Of a stretch of 64,000 bases of DNA, positions 20,815 through 30,589 are shown piece by piece. Position numbers and translations under genes: made by a program. Below the pieces are notes generated by a model, which was given only the letters and a program-made list of their open reading frames with translations, searched no databases and was not told the DNA's origin. How positions within the stretch are numbered: the stretch's first letter is position 1; the number at the start of each line of letters is the position of its first letter. Source of the stretch: Calditrichia bacterium (GTDB taxonomy: Bacteria; Calditrichota; Calditrichia; RBG-13-44-9; J075); assembly GCA_965227145.1 (NCBI GenBank), contig OZ245730.1, positions 2,243,661-2,307,660 of the forward strand, in the 5' to 3' direction.

Positions 20815-21601
20815 TAGCATAAAAAACATTCTGATCGTTGCGCTTGGTGTTTGCCTTATTTGCTCCATCCTGGTTTCCGGTGCAGCGGTTTCGCTGAGCG
20901 GTATTCAGGCTGAAAATCGCAAGTTGGACAAGCTGAAAAATATCCTGGAAGCCGGACATTTGTTGAAATCTGACGAACCCGTAGAAAAGGTTTACCGGGA
21001 AAAAATTGAGGCGGTTCTGGTCGATTTGAGCACCGGGCAAACAATACCGGAAGCACAACAAACTGGCTTGCTGAATATCGAAACATTCGATATTCCCAAA
21101 GTAGCAGGCGATGCCCAATTGGGATATGCAATTCCTGCAAACGAGGATATTGCACAAATTAAACGGCGCCCCAAAAATATGCCGGTTTATCTGGTTAAAG
21201 ATGGCGACGCTGTTGAAAAAATAATTTTACCGATTTACGGTAAAGGATTATGGTCAACGATGTATGGTTTTTTGGCGTTGGACAGCGATCTCAAAACCGT
21301 TCGTGGCATCACTTTCTACCAACACGGGGAAACTCCCGGGCTCGGTGGCGAAGTTGACAACCCACGCTGGAAATCGCAATGGGATGGCAAAAAAGCATTT
21401 GACGATGGCGGCGATGTTATCATCAACGTTATCAAAGGTGTTGTCGATCCCAGCTCGCCAGCATCCGGTCATCAGATTGATGGATTGTCCGGCGCTACAA
21501 TTACAACCCGTGGCGTTGACAAACTCATTGAGTATTGGCTAAGCGACACCGGCTACGGTAAATATTTGGAATCACTTAAAACGGAGGTCAACAATGGCTA
21601 A
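20804..21601 (+). CDS. nqrC: Na+-NQR subunit C (FMN-binding).
   Basis: A single N-terminal TM helix, then an FMN-binding domain with the SGATIT motif. GTG start after GGAGGA. It overlaps the nqrB end. Confidence 0.85.
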   Translation: MQVDSIKNILIVALGVCLICSILVSGAAVSLSGIQAENRKLDKLKNILEAGHLLKSDEPVEKVYREKIEAVLVDLSTGQTIPEAQQTGLLNIETFDIPKVAGDAQLGYAIPANEDIAQIKRRPKNMPVYLVKDGDAVEKIILPIYGKGLWSTMYGFLALDSDLKTVRGITFYQHGETPGLGGEVDNPRWKSQWDGKKAFDDGGDVIINVIKGVVDPSSPASGHQIDGLSGATITTRGVDKLIEYWLSDTGYGKYLESLKTEVNNG

Positions 21602-22214
21602 AGTCAAAGAAATGCTGATCGACCCCGTTTTTAATAATAACCCGATCGGTCGTCAAATATTAGGTATTTGTTCGGCATTGGCAGTTACGTCAAAGCTGGA
21701 AACATCGATTGTGATGGCACTGGCTGTGACATTTGTAACGGCACTTTCGAACTTCTCGGTTTCGATTATTCGTAACCGCATTCCTAACAGCATCCGTATT
21801 TTGGTCGAAATGACCATTATCGCATCGCTGGTGATTGTAGCCGATCAGCTGATGAAAGCATACGCTTTTGATGTCAGTAAACAACTTTCTGTTTATGTTG
21901 GGTTGATTATTACAAACTGTATTGTTATGGGTCGAGCTGAAGCATTCGCATTGAAAAACAGTCCGGGAATGAGTTTTATTGATGGTCTCGGAAACGGATT
22001 AGGATACAGCTTTGTGCTGCTATTTGTTGGGTTTTTCCGCGAATTATTAGGCTCCGGTAAACTGTTGGGCTATACTGTTCTTTCCCCGGTAACTGAAGGC
22101 GGATGGTATGCAGCGAACGGTATGATGTTGCTATCACCCAGCGCATTTATCCTTATCGGCATGCTCATCTGGGTAATTCGTACGTGGAAACCAGAGCAGG
22201 TAGAGGAGGACTAA
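21594..22214 (+). CDS. nqrD: Na+-NQR subunit D.
   Basis: [38 protein letters not shown] is typical of NqrD/RnfE. Confidence 0.85.
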   Translation: MAKVKEMLIDPVFNNNPIGRQILGICSALAVTSKLETSIVMALAVTFVTALSNFSVSIIRNRIPNSIRILVEMTIIASLVIVADQLMKAYAFDVSKQLSVYVGLIITNCIVMGRAEAFALKNSPGMSFIDGLGNGLGYSFVLLFVGFFRELLGSGKLLGYTVLSPVTEGGWYAANGMMLLSPSAFILIGMLIWVIRTWKPEQVEED

Positions 22215-22217
22215 ATC

Positions 22218-22829
22218 ATGTTAGAACATTATCTTAGCTTATTTGTAAAATCGATTTTTATAGAAAATATGGCACTGGCGTTTTTTCTGGGGATGTGTAC
22301 GTTTCTGGCCGTATCCAAACGGGTGGAAACAGCCGCAGGTCTGGGAATTGCCGTGGTTGTTGTGCAAGCCATTACTGTTCCGGCAAATAACTTTATCTAC
22401 AATATGGTTCTTCGCGATGGCGCGCTCGCATGGGCAGGTATCCCGAATGTTGACCTTAGCTTTTTGGGACTGATCACCTACATTGGTGTGATTGCAGCAA
22501 TGGTGCAAATCCTGGAAATGTCACTCGATAAATTTTTACCGGCGCTGTATAACGCTTTGGGAATTTTCCTTCCGTTGATTACGGTAAACTGCGCTATTCT
22601 GGGCGGCACCTTATTTATGGTGGAACGTGATTATACATTTCCCGAAAGTGTTGTTTTTGGTATCGGTTCCGGTGCCGGATTTGCCCTGGCGATCGTTGTA
22701 TTGGCAGGTATCCGTGAAAAAATGAAATATAGCAACGTCCCGGAAGGGCTGAGAGGATTGGGCATCACCTTTATTACTGTTGGGTTGATGGCAATCGCTT
22801 TTATGCTTTTCTCAGGCATCCAATTGTAA
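22218..22829 (+). CDS. nqrE: Na+-NQR subunit E.
   Basis: [22 protein letters not shown] is typical of NqrE/RnfA. Confidence 0.85.
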   Translation: MLEHYLSLFVKSIFIENMALAFFLGMCTFLAVSKRVETAAGLGIAVVVVQAITVPANNFIYNMVLRDGALAWAGIPNVDLSFLGLITYIGVIAAMVQILEMSLDKFLPALYNALGIFLPLITVNCAILGGTLFMVERDYTFPESVVFGIGSGAGFALAIVVLAGIREKMKYSNVPEGLRGLGITFITVGLMAIAFMLFSGIQL

Positions 22830-22850
22830 GGATAAAGGGAGATTTTTCGA

Positions 22851-24086
22851 ATGAGTGGAACGAATCTCATATTGTTAGGCGTTGTCTTCTTTATCTTGAT
22901 TGTGCTGGCATTGGTGGCGCTAATTCTTTTCGCAAAATCGCGATTGGTAACCACCGGTAACGCAAAAATCCTGATAAACGACGACCCCGAAAAAGCGCTG
23001 GAAGTTCCGGTTGGCGATAAGCTGCTGAACGCCCTTGCTGCCAAAAAGATTTTTATACCTTCGGCATGCGGTGGCGGTGGAACTTGCGGTGAATGTAAAC
23101 TGATCGTCGCCGAAGGCGGCGGTGATGTTTTACCGACGGAAAAAACGAAACTATCACGCGGACAAATCCGTGAAAACTACCGGCTTTCCTGCCAGGTTGC
23201 TGTAAAGCAGGACTTGAAAATCGAAGTTCCGCCGGAAGTCTTCGAAATTAAAAAATGGCACTGCAAAGTGCGGTCGAACCGGAATGTGGCAACATTCATC
23301 AAAGAACTCGTTTTGGAATTGCCGGAAGGTGAAAATGTGGATTTCCGCGCCGGTGGTTACATTCAAATCGAATGCCCGCCGCACGTTGTCCATTACAAAG
23401 ATTTCGAAATCGAAAAAAGATTCCATGAAGATTGGGACAAATACAATATCTGGCAATATACTTCGAAAGTGGAAGAAGACGTTGTGCGGGCGTATTCCAT
23501 GGCAAACTATCCCGAAGAAAAAGGGATTATTATGCTGAACGTCCGTGTTGCTTCGCCGCCGCCGCGTATGCCCGATGTGCCGCCCGGTAAAATGTCGTCA
23601 TTTATTTTCGGGTTGAAACCCGGTGATGACGTCGTAATCTCCGGTCCTTACGGCGAATTTTTTGCGAAAGATACAAAAGCTGAAATGGTATTTATCGGTG
23701 GTGGCGCCGGTATGGCACCCATGCGCTCGCATATTTTCGATCAGTTCAAACGTGTTCACACCGATCGTAAAGTGAGCTTTTGGTATGGCGCCCGAAGCAT
23801 GCGAGAGGCATTTTATGTTGACCATTTCGACAAAATTCAGGAAGAAAACCCCAATTTTGTCTGGCATTTGGCGCTTTCTGAGCCTTTACCGGAAGATAAT
23901 TGGACGGGGTATGTCGGATTTATTCATCAGGTTTTGTATGAAAATTACCTGAAAGATCACCCGGCACCGGAGGATATTGAATATTATATCTGTGGGCCGC
24001 CCATGATGAACGCAGCAGTGATGAACATGCTGGAAAATCTGGGTGTTGAACCGGAAAATATCCTGTTCGACGATTTCGGCGGATAA
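22851..24086 (+). CDS. nqrF: Na+-NQR subunit F (2Fe-2S ferredoxin plus FAD/NADH-binding reductase).
   Basis: An N-terminal TM helix, a plant-type 2Fe-2S site [11 protein letters not shown], an RxYS FAD motif and NAD-binding GGGAGMAP. Confidence 0.9.
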   Translation: MSGTNLILLGVVFFILIVLALVALILFAKSRLVTTGNAKILINDDPEKALEVPVGDKLLNALAAKKIFIPSACGGGGTCGECKLIVAEGGGDVLPTEKTKLSRGQIRENYRLSCQVAVKQDLKIEVPPEVFEIKKWHCKVRSNRNVATFIKELVLELPEGENVDFRAGGYIQIECPPHVVHYKDFEIEKRFHEDWDKYNIWQYTSKVEEDVVRAYSMANYPEEKGIIMLNVRVASPPPRMPDVPPGKMSSFIFGLKPGDDVVISGPYGEFFAKDTKAEMVFIGGGAGMAPMRSHIFDQFKRVHTDRKVSFWYGARSMREAFYVDHFDKIQEENPNFVWHLALSEPLPEDNWTGYVGFIHQVLYENYLKDHPAPEDIEYYICGPPMMNAAVMNMLENLGVEPENILFDDFGG

Positions 24087-24095
24087 AAAATATAA

Positions 24096-24130
24096 AAGGG
24101 CAACTGTTAACAGCAGTTGCCCTTTCGTTT
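24096..24130 (+). terminator. Strong intra-operon hairpin (partial terminator or attenuator) between nqrF and apbE.
   Basis: An 11-bp perfect stem AAGGGCAACTG-ttaacag-CAGTTGCCCTT followed by TCGTTT, a weak U-tract. Confidence 0.5.
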
Positions 24131-24153
24131 AATAAATGTTGTGAAAATGAGAA

Positions 24154-25218
24154 ATGTTGAATATGATCAATCAAAAATGTTCTTTAATTAACAGTGCTAA
24201 GCTATTATTTATACTGACGTTAGTTGTCGCTTTGTTTTTTAGCTGCCAAGAGGATAGCAAAGCAAAGCTTCATTTTATCAGCGGGCGAACGATGGGAACA
24301 AGTTTTTCCATTAAAATTGTGAAAGACAATCGCCCGAATGAGCAGTATGATAAACTTGAACCGGAAATTAATGCATTGTTGGTTGAGGTGAATCGGCAAA
24401 TGTCCACTTATTTGCCCGAATCAGAAATTTCGATGTTCAATGTCCAAAATGATACCGGATGGTTCGATGTTTCCCGAGATTTTGCAAATGTAATGAATGC
24501 ATCCTTAGAAATTTGCCAACAAACAGAAGGTGCGCTCGATATTACCGTTGGTCCTTTGGTTAATTTATGGGGATTCGGTCCGGAAAACCGCCCGACAATT
24601 ATCCCATCCGATGCAGAAATCGCAGAGCGCCAAAATCTGGTTGGATACAATAAAATTTCGGTTCGGCTTGATCCGCCGGCTGTTAAAAAATCGCAAAGCG
24701 GCATGTACTGCGATCTTTCATCTACCGCCAAAGGATTTGGCGTTGATAAAGTTACTGAATATCTTGAATCAGAAAATTTTAGCAACTATTTTGTAGAGAT
24801 CGGCGGTGAGGCGCGGGCAAAGGGAAACAATGAGCGCGGGCAAATTTGGCGGGTTGGTGTTACCTCGCCGGAGCGTGTGGATAATATTCAGAAAGTCGTT
24901 TGGTTGCAAAATAAAGCAATTGCTACCAGCGGCGATTATTTCAACTATTACGAAGTGGACGGCAAACGGTATTCACATACAATTGATCCGCTAACCGGAA
25001 AACCGGTAACGCACAAATTAGCGTCGGTTACCGTGGTTGTGGATAATTGTATGGCAGCTGATGGTTTTGCTACAGCAATAGATGTTATGGGGCCGGAACG
25101 AGGATTTCAGTTCGCATCCGACCGGAAACTTCCAGTATTTATGATCGTTAGAGAAGGCGATACTTTTGTTGAAAAAATGACGCCAGAATTTTCGGAAATG
25201 ATGAAAACAAAACAATAG
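24154..25218 (+). CDS. apbE: FAD:protein FMN transferase (flavin transferase lipoprotein ApbE).
   Basis: A lipoprotein signal (LFFSC), with GRTMGTSF, DITVGPL, DPLTGKP and ADGFATA motifs of ApbE/Ftp. Confidence 0.85.
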   Translation: MLNMINQKCSLINSAKLLFILTLVVALFFSCQEDSKAKLHFISGRTMGTSFSIKIVKDNRPNEQYDKLEPEINALLVEVNRQMSTYLPESEISMFNVQNDTGWFDVSRDFANVMNASLEICQQTEGALDITVGPLVNLWGFGPENRPTIIPSDAEIAERQNLVGYNKISVRLDPPAVKKSQSGMYCDLSSTAKGFGVDKVTEYLESENFSNYFVEIGGEARAKGNNERGQIWRVGVTSPERVDNIQKVVWLQNKAIATSGDYFNYYEVDGKRYSHTIDPLTGKPVTHKLASVTVVVDNCMAADGFATAIDVMGPERGFQFASDRKLPVFMIVREGDTFVEKMTPEFSEMMKTKQ

Positions 25219-25241
25219 CAATAATAGATAGGGAATCTGTT

Positions 25242-25526
25242 ATGATAAAGTTTTTCGCGGTTGTGGGATTGTTTATGGTGATGTTTGGATTTTTAGGTTT
25301 TGCACTGTGGTTTGCACGCTGGAAACAGGAAGGCCGGGCATGTTGCAGTACCGGCATCGAAGATTTGTTGCAGAACGAATTTGATCCCTGTTTATCCTGC
25401 CCCAAAAAAGGCACGGATGAATGTGATCATGACCATGATGACGAAAAACATTGTGCAACAAATGTTAGCACCAAATCTTTGGAAGATCAAAAAAACAATA
25501 AATCAGTGCCAACTGCAATTGATTGA
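25242..25526 (+). CDS. nqrM: Probable Na+-NQR maturation factor NqrM (DUF539-like).
   Basis: A 94-aa protein with one N-terminal TM helix and a conserved Cys cluster (ACCS...CLSC). It sits immediately after apbE at the end of the nqr operon, as nqrM does in other Na+-NQR loci. Confidence 0.5.
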   Translation: MIKFFAVVGLFMVMFGFLGFALWFARWKQEGRACCSTGIEDLLQNEFDPCLSCPKKGTDECDHDHDDEKHCATNVSTKSLEDQKNNKSVPTAID

Positions 25527-25557
25527 ACGAAATGATTCAATATTTTTTTATAAAAAA

Positions 25558-25590
25558 GGCGATACTCACCAGTGTCGCCTTTTTGCTTTT
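25558..25590. terminator. Bidirectional terminator shared by the nqr operon (+) and the convergent deacylase gene (-).
   Basis: GGCGATAC-tcacca-GTGTCGCC hairpin with AAAAAA on the 5' side and TTTTTGCTTTT on the 3' side. Confidence 0.65.
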
Positions 25591-26545
25591 AGTAGCCTTC
25601 TATTTTCCGAATAATGAAATAGCCGTCATCGCCCTGTGCCTGATACAATGGCATAAAAATATTCCCATCTTCGTGATTGACAATCTCCTGATTATTGCTG
25701 TGAGCCAACAGTTCACCTTTTTCAATGGATTGAAAATTCACAAATCCCGGTTCCATCACAAAATTTTCTTCGCTCCGGATTCGATATGAATAGCGAACCT
25801 GGAATATTTTCGGAACATCGCGCAATGTTTCACGGAGGTATTCCTGATAATCCTCATAATCCGGATCGGGAACATTTTTTTCATCGATACAGCCGGCACT
25901 GACCATCGCAATCCATATCGCGGCTATGTGGCGGTGGATCGAACGTTCGTCATCGTGTTGCCCGGCTTCAAATGCCATTGTCAGGCATCCCTCAACATCC
26001 TCAAGATATTGGATCAATGAGCCTTTCAAATGGTTGAGTAAGCCGAGAATGATGGGTGCATGAAAATTCAGGGCAAATTTTCGGCTTATCGGTTTATCCT
26101 GAATGATGGTAAACGGGTGGCTTTCTGCCGAGGTCGTGTGTAAATCCAATGCGAAAACCGGAAATCCGGATGTCGTTAAATATGGCTTAATTTCAGAAAA
26201 AATATCCGCTTGCTCACTCATCTCCATTGTGGAATGGTGCGGCATTGGCAAGTTTTGTTTTAAACGTTGAATATTTTCAGCAGTCCAAATTCGATTCAAA
26301 TCCTGATCTTTATAACGAACCCGATCCCGTAATGCCGAAATATTTCCGGAAATGGCCAAAAATTTACCCCTGAAATCGGGTTGTTTTTCGGATAGTAATT
26401 TCGCAACATGATTTAACGCATAAATAGCTGCGTGCTCGTTGCCATGCATTCCGCCAAAGCAAATAATTGTCGGACCAGGTTTTTTCTGGTCATATTTCCC
26501 TAAAACACGTTGTATATCAACGTTTTGTTCAACAAAAACACTCAT
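25589..26545 (-). CDS. Succinylglutamate desuccinylase / aspartoacylase family zinc deacylase.
   Basis: ICFGGMHGNEHAAIYAL is a zinc-binding motif of the AstE/AspA (M14-like) family. Size 318 aa. Confidence 0.6.
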   Translation of the reverse strand: MSVFVEQNVDIQRVLGKYDQKKPGPTIICFGGMHGNEHAAIYALNHVAKLLSEKQPDFRGKFLAISGNISALRDRVRYKDQDLNRIWTAENIQRLKQNLPMPHHSTMEMSEQADIFSEIKPYLTTSGFPVFALDLHTTSAESHPFTIIQDKPISRKFALNFHAPIILGLLNHLKGSLIQYLEDVEGCLTMAFEAGQHDDERSIHRHIAAIWIAMVSAGCIDEKNVPDPDYEDYQEYLRETLRDVPKIFQVRYSYRIRSEENFVMEPGFVNFQSIEKGELLAHSNNQEIVNHEDGNIFMPLYQAQGDDGYFIIRKIEGY

Positions 26546-26790
26546 TTTCTCTCTCGATAATTTAGTAAAAGCTGAATTTATCTGTTTTTATTCTATCCAA
26601 TCAAGTTGATAATTATTTAGTCATCATCGGTGGTGTGTTTTGATGGATCAGGGCAAAATCGAATTTTTCACCGATTTATAAAAAAAATGTCAAATAACGA
26701 GTTGCTTTGCGCAAAAAACATCGGTGATGTATATTTTGTGAATTGGTCAGTTAAGAAATTTGGAAAGGTAATGGTAAAATTTTCAACTAT

Positions 26791-27855
26791 TTGAACGCTG
26801 TTTTTGGGAAATCGCTGTTATTCGGAATTTCATTATTTCTTTGCGGATGCAATACTGCTGAAACTTTGGAGGATGTGCTTGCAGATTATCAGCTGCGAAT
26901 TTCCCGGATTACAGAAATTGAGAACCCGAAGGCATTCAAGTCGGAACTATTACAATATCCGCGACACCGGGATTTATTTGTCCCGATTGATGACATTCGA
27001 ATCAGCCTGCTGGATTTTTTTTCTCTCGATGATTGTGATTTGCAAATATTGGTTGCGGAACGAAACAATGCGATGGGGAAAGTGATGTCCTCACCTCAAA
27101 TTCTTGTTTACGAACACCAGTTTTTAGTAAAGCTTCGCACTTGTCTGGAAAAAATGTCAATGGAACCGGATGCATCGCAGAATTGGCAGGCACAGTTGGC
27201 AGAAGTTGATTCACTAAAGTCGGAAAATATATCGAAAGTCATTTGGAATGCGACATTTGCCAGCAGGGCGTTCGAAAAATTATTCTCATTATCTGCGCAA
27301 TTGCCCGAAGTTGACGCGTTGCCCGGCGGAAATATTGAAATAAATGAAAATATTATCTATCTTACAAATGTTGCGAAGAATATCGGGAATCCCGGGTGGG
27401 GTTTGAATGACTCAAAAATGGCTAAAATTTATACGCATTTTGAGTCATTTGCCTATGGCGGTGCATTACTCAATGCGATGGAACAGTTGACATTTTATTT
27501 GAATAATGTCGCCGAAATTCTTGAGGCGCGTTTGTCGAAACGTCCGCTATGTTTCGATGGAAAACCCGGCGAAGCAGCAATCCGTTTACAAACGGTTTTT
27601 GATAAATTTTATCGCGGAAATGTGCAAAAATATTTGGCATTTACACACAAAAACGCCCGGCAATTGTTTACGGCAATCAATCAACTGGTTGAAATTCAAG
27701 ATGAAAGCATTCCGGAAGCATTTCGCAATTATCAGAAAAAGCAATTTGATATGGCATCGGAACATGCTGTTTGGCAAAAGTTTGACAGCGCAATCAAACG
27801 CCATACGACAGCGTGGCAGGCCGTTTTCGATCAATGTGGCATGATGCCAAATTAA
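26791..27855 (+). CDS. Hypothetical lipoprotein.
   Basis: The signal peptide has a lipobox-like LFLCGC. TTG start. No catalytic motif was recognised. Confidence 0.4.
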   Translation: MNAVFGKSLLFGISLFLCGCNTAETLEDVLADYQLRISRITEIENPKAFKSELLQYPRHRDLFVPIDDIRISLLDFFSLDDCDLQILVAERNNAMGKVMSSPQILVYEHQFLVKLRTCLEKMSMEPDASQNWQAQLAEVDSLKSENISKVIWNATFASRAFEKLFSLSAQLPEVDALPGGNIEINENIIYLTNVAKNIGNPGWGLNDSKMAKIYTHFESFAYGGALLNAMEQLTFYLNNVAEILEARLSKRPLCFDGKPGEAAIRLQTVFDKFYRGNVQKYLAFTHKNARQLFTAINQLVEIQDESIPEAFRNYQKKQFDMASEHAVWQKFDSAIKRHTTAWQAVFDQCGMMPN

Positions 27856-27886
27856 TCTATAAACGATTGTATATTAAGAGGTTAAC

Positions 27887-28243
27887 GTGGTGAAAGAAAT
27901 ATTTATTTATGCACCGAATATTTCCAAAGAAAACTTACAGGGATTGTTATATCTGCAAATCGGATGCCTCGGCAATAAAATTTCTGTGAATTTGATTAAA
28001 CGGAAAACAAAATTCAGAGCGCCGGAATTGGCTGTTATTTGTGAAGATGTTGACGCAGCCGAAATTGCCAACCTGCTCGCACATGTGTTTGATGTTGCCA
28101 AAACACTCGGTGGCACGCGATTTGTTTACTTACAGGACAACAAACCGGTCGATCAATTGGATGCCAATGATCAGCCGGAGAAAGTGCGAACCGTTTTGGA
28201 AAACGTCAGTGCCGAAGCTATTGATAAAATTGAAATTTATTAA
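27887..28243 (+). CDS. Hypothetical protein (118 aa).
   Basis: An ORF with a probable GTG start, tightly followed by the next gene. No recognisable motif. Confidence 0.3.
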   Translation: MVKEIFIYAPNISKENLQGLLYLQIGCLGNKISVNLIKRKTKFRAPELAVICEDVDAAEIANLLAHVFDVAKTLGGTRFVYLQDNKPVDQLDANDQPEKVRTVLENVSAEAIDKIEIY

Positions 28244-28263
28244 CCGTAGAGAACGAGCCGGAA

Positions 28264-28992
28264 ATGTCCAAAAACGATCAACAATTAGTGGATGTATTGG
28301 CGTTTGGCGCGCATCCCGATGATGTGGAATTGGGTTGCGGTGGAACGCTGCACACTTTGGCCAGTCAAAATGCGAAGATTGGCATCGTCGATTTAACAGA
28401 AGGCGAAATGGGAACACGCGGTACCGTTGCCGAACGCCGGAAGGAAGCGGAAGTAGCTGCCGGAATTTTGAATACTAAATTTCGGATAAATTTGCAAATT
28501 CCCGATACGAAAATTGAAAACACCGCATCAAACCGCCGAAAAATAATTGCGGTGATTCGCAAATATCGACCCAGCATCATTTTTGCGCCCCATCCGGGCG
28601 ACCGCCATCCGGACCATGCGCATGCTGCTAATATTGTAAAAGAAGCAGCTTTTTATGCCGGTGTTCGAAAAATCGATGCAGATTTGGAATTGGCGCCGCA
28701 TCGACCGCACAGCCTTTTGTATTACATGATTTCGACAGATTTTCAACCCACATTTTATGTGGATATTTCCGCCGGTTTTAGTGCAAAAATGGACGCTGTC
28801 CGCGCCCACAAATCGCAGTTTTACAACCCGGATTATCCCGGTGAAACAACGTTCATCGCATCAAAAGAATTTTTTGAATCCATCGAAACCCGGGCAAAAT
28901 ATTTTGGATGGAAAACCGGTGTCCGCTATGCCGAACCTTTTTGGAGCGCGTCACCGATATTACTAACGAATCTAATCGATCAGCTTCGCTGA
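28264..28992 (+). CDS. bshB: PIG-L/LmbE family N-acetylglucosaminyl deacetylase, BshB1-like (bacillithiol biosynthesis).
   Basis: VLAFGAHPDDVELGCGGTL is a metal-binding motif of the LmbE/PIG-L family, with a downstream HPDH. The ~240 aa size matches BshB1. Confidence 0.55.
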   Translation: MSKNDQQLVDVLAFGAHPDDVELGCGGTLHTLASQNAKIGIVDLTEGEMGTRGTVAERRKEAEVAAGILNTKFRINLQIPDTKIENTASNRRKIIAVIRKYRPSIIFAPHPGDRHPDHAHAANIVKEAAFYAGVRKIDADLELAPHRPHSLLYYMISTDFQPTFYVDISAGFSAKMDAVRAHKSQFYNPDYPGETTFIASKEFFESIETRAKYFGWKTGVRYAEPFWSASPILLTNLIDQLR

Positions 28993-29437
28993 AAATGGTA
29001 CCGAGGGTTGAAATTCCGTTTTTAAATATGACCGGTTCTTCACTTTTGTTAATGAATTTGAAAATAATTGCGATAATTTGAACTCTTTGGTAAAAGCGAA
29101 TGTAGAAGAAACTGGTCAAGAAGCGCATATTTTGAATATTCGGAATAATATCAAAAGATTGAAAAAAGATAACCTCGTTTCAAAAAATGCTTGATTTATT
29201 TGGGCAGGTAGCCTAAATTCGCATCTCTGCAGCGAAAATGATTAATAAATAATGAATCGGAGGATGCATATCGATTTGGTTGTTAAGGAAAAGTAAGTTG
29301 TTGAAGTAACTATGTTTAACTTTTTAATTATGTTTAACTCCTAATCGAATATGTTGCATCCTAACAGTAGAACCGAATGGTCAGTCGCTCGCCCATTTGC
29401 TCGGTTTTTTGTTTATTAATCCAGGAGGATCGTATCA

Positions 29438-30511
29438 ATGAGAGCCAAATTTGCTGCATTTATTGCAATTCTATTTTGTTTTACTCCCATTACATATGTG
29501 TTTGCCCAAGGCGAAGCAACCGTGTTGTTCATGATGATCAATGCCGGCGCACGTCAGGGTGGAATGGGCGAAGCTGGTGTTGCTGACCCTAGCGATGCCA
29601 ACGCAATCTATTGGAATCCCGCCGGTTTAGCCTTCGAAGAAAACACCTTTGACCGCTCAACTCAGGGTGAAGCAACCCTGATGCACGTTAACTGGTTACC
29701 TGCATTCAACCTCAGCGATTTGTATTATGATTTTGCTGCCGGAAAATACAACCTTCCGGGTATTGGCACCGTTGGTTTGGGAATCCAGTTCATGAACTAC
29801 GGTGAAAACAACCAGACAGACGTGAACGGAAACCTGATCGGCACGTTTACCAGTAACGAGTTCGCTGTAACCGGCGCCTATGGATTGAAGGTAAAAGAAA
29901 ATCTCGGCATCGGTGTGAACCTGAAATTCATTTATTCCAGATTATCACCGGTTCAGGTCGATATCGAACAGGGTAAAGGCGTTGGTTCTACTTTTGCGTT
30001 GGATATCGGCGCGCTGTATCACCCCGGATTTATGAAACAATTGAGCATCGGTGCAAATCTCGCCAATTTTGGCCCCAAAATTACCTACATCGACAAAGAG
30101 CAGGCAGACCCGATTCCCACCAATTTGCGGGTCGGTATTGCTTACCGGGTGCTGGATTCCGAATTTAACAGGTTTACGGTGCTTTACGACATCAACCGCC
30201 TGATGGTGCCGCGTGATGAAGAGGATCGCAGAGCCAGTTTTGTGTCATATTTGGGAAGCGCCTGGGGTGGCGGCGATTTCTTTAACCGCCTGACGCATTC
30301 GATTGGTGTGGAATATTGGTACACCAATTTGATCGCATTGCGTACCGGTTTCTTTTACGAAGACCCGAGCTACGGCGCCCGTAAGTTTTACACATTCGGC
30401 GGCGGTGTCCGGATTTCATTTTTGGGTGTCGATTTTAGCTATATCCTTGGCACAGTTGAAGATAGCCCGCTTGCTGACACCATCAGATTTTCACTTTCAG
30501 CAATATTCTAA
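29438..30511 (+). CDS. PorV (LptO)-family outer-membrane beta-barrel protein.
   Basis: A signal peptide, then NAGARQGGMGEAGVADPSDANAIYWNPAGLAF, which resembles the PorV ARxGGMGDAG...NPA signature. Alternating-hydrophobic strands throughout. The C-terminus ends in an aromatic residue (RFSLSAIF). Confidence 0.6.
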   Translation: MRAKFAAFIAILFCFTPITYVFAQGEATVLFMMINAGARQGGMGEAGVADPSDANAIYWNPAGLAFEENTFDRSTQGEATLMHVNWLPAFNLSDLYYDFAAGKYNLPGIGTVGLGIQFMNYGENNQTDVNGNLIGTFTSNEFAVTGAYGLKVKENLGIGVNLKFIYSRLSPVQVDIEQGKGVGSTFALDIGALYHPGFMKQLSIGANLANFGPKITYIDKEQADPIPTNLRVGIAYRVLDSEFNRFTVLYDINRLMVPRDEEDRRASFVSYLGSAWGGGDFFNRLTHSIGVEYWYTNLIALRTGFFYEDPSYGARKFYTFGGGVRISFLGVDFSYILGTVEDSPLADTIRFSLSAIF

Positions 30512-30589
30512 ATTATTCGAAACTTGTTTTCGGCGCGATTTTAATTTCAAAAATTGCGCCGTTAAAAATTCAGAACATGGAACAGCGAT

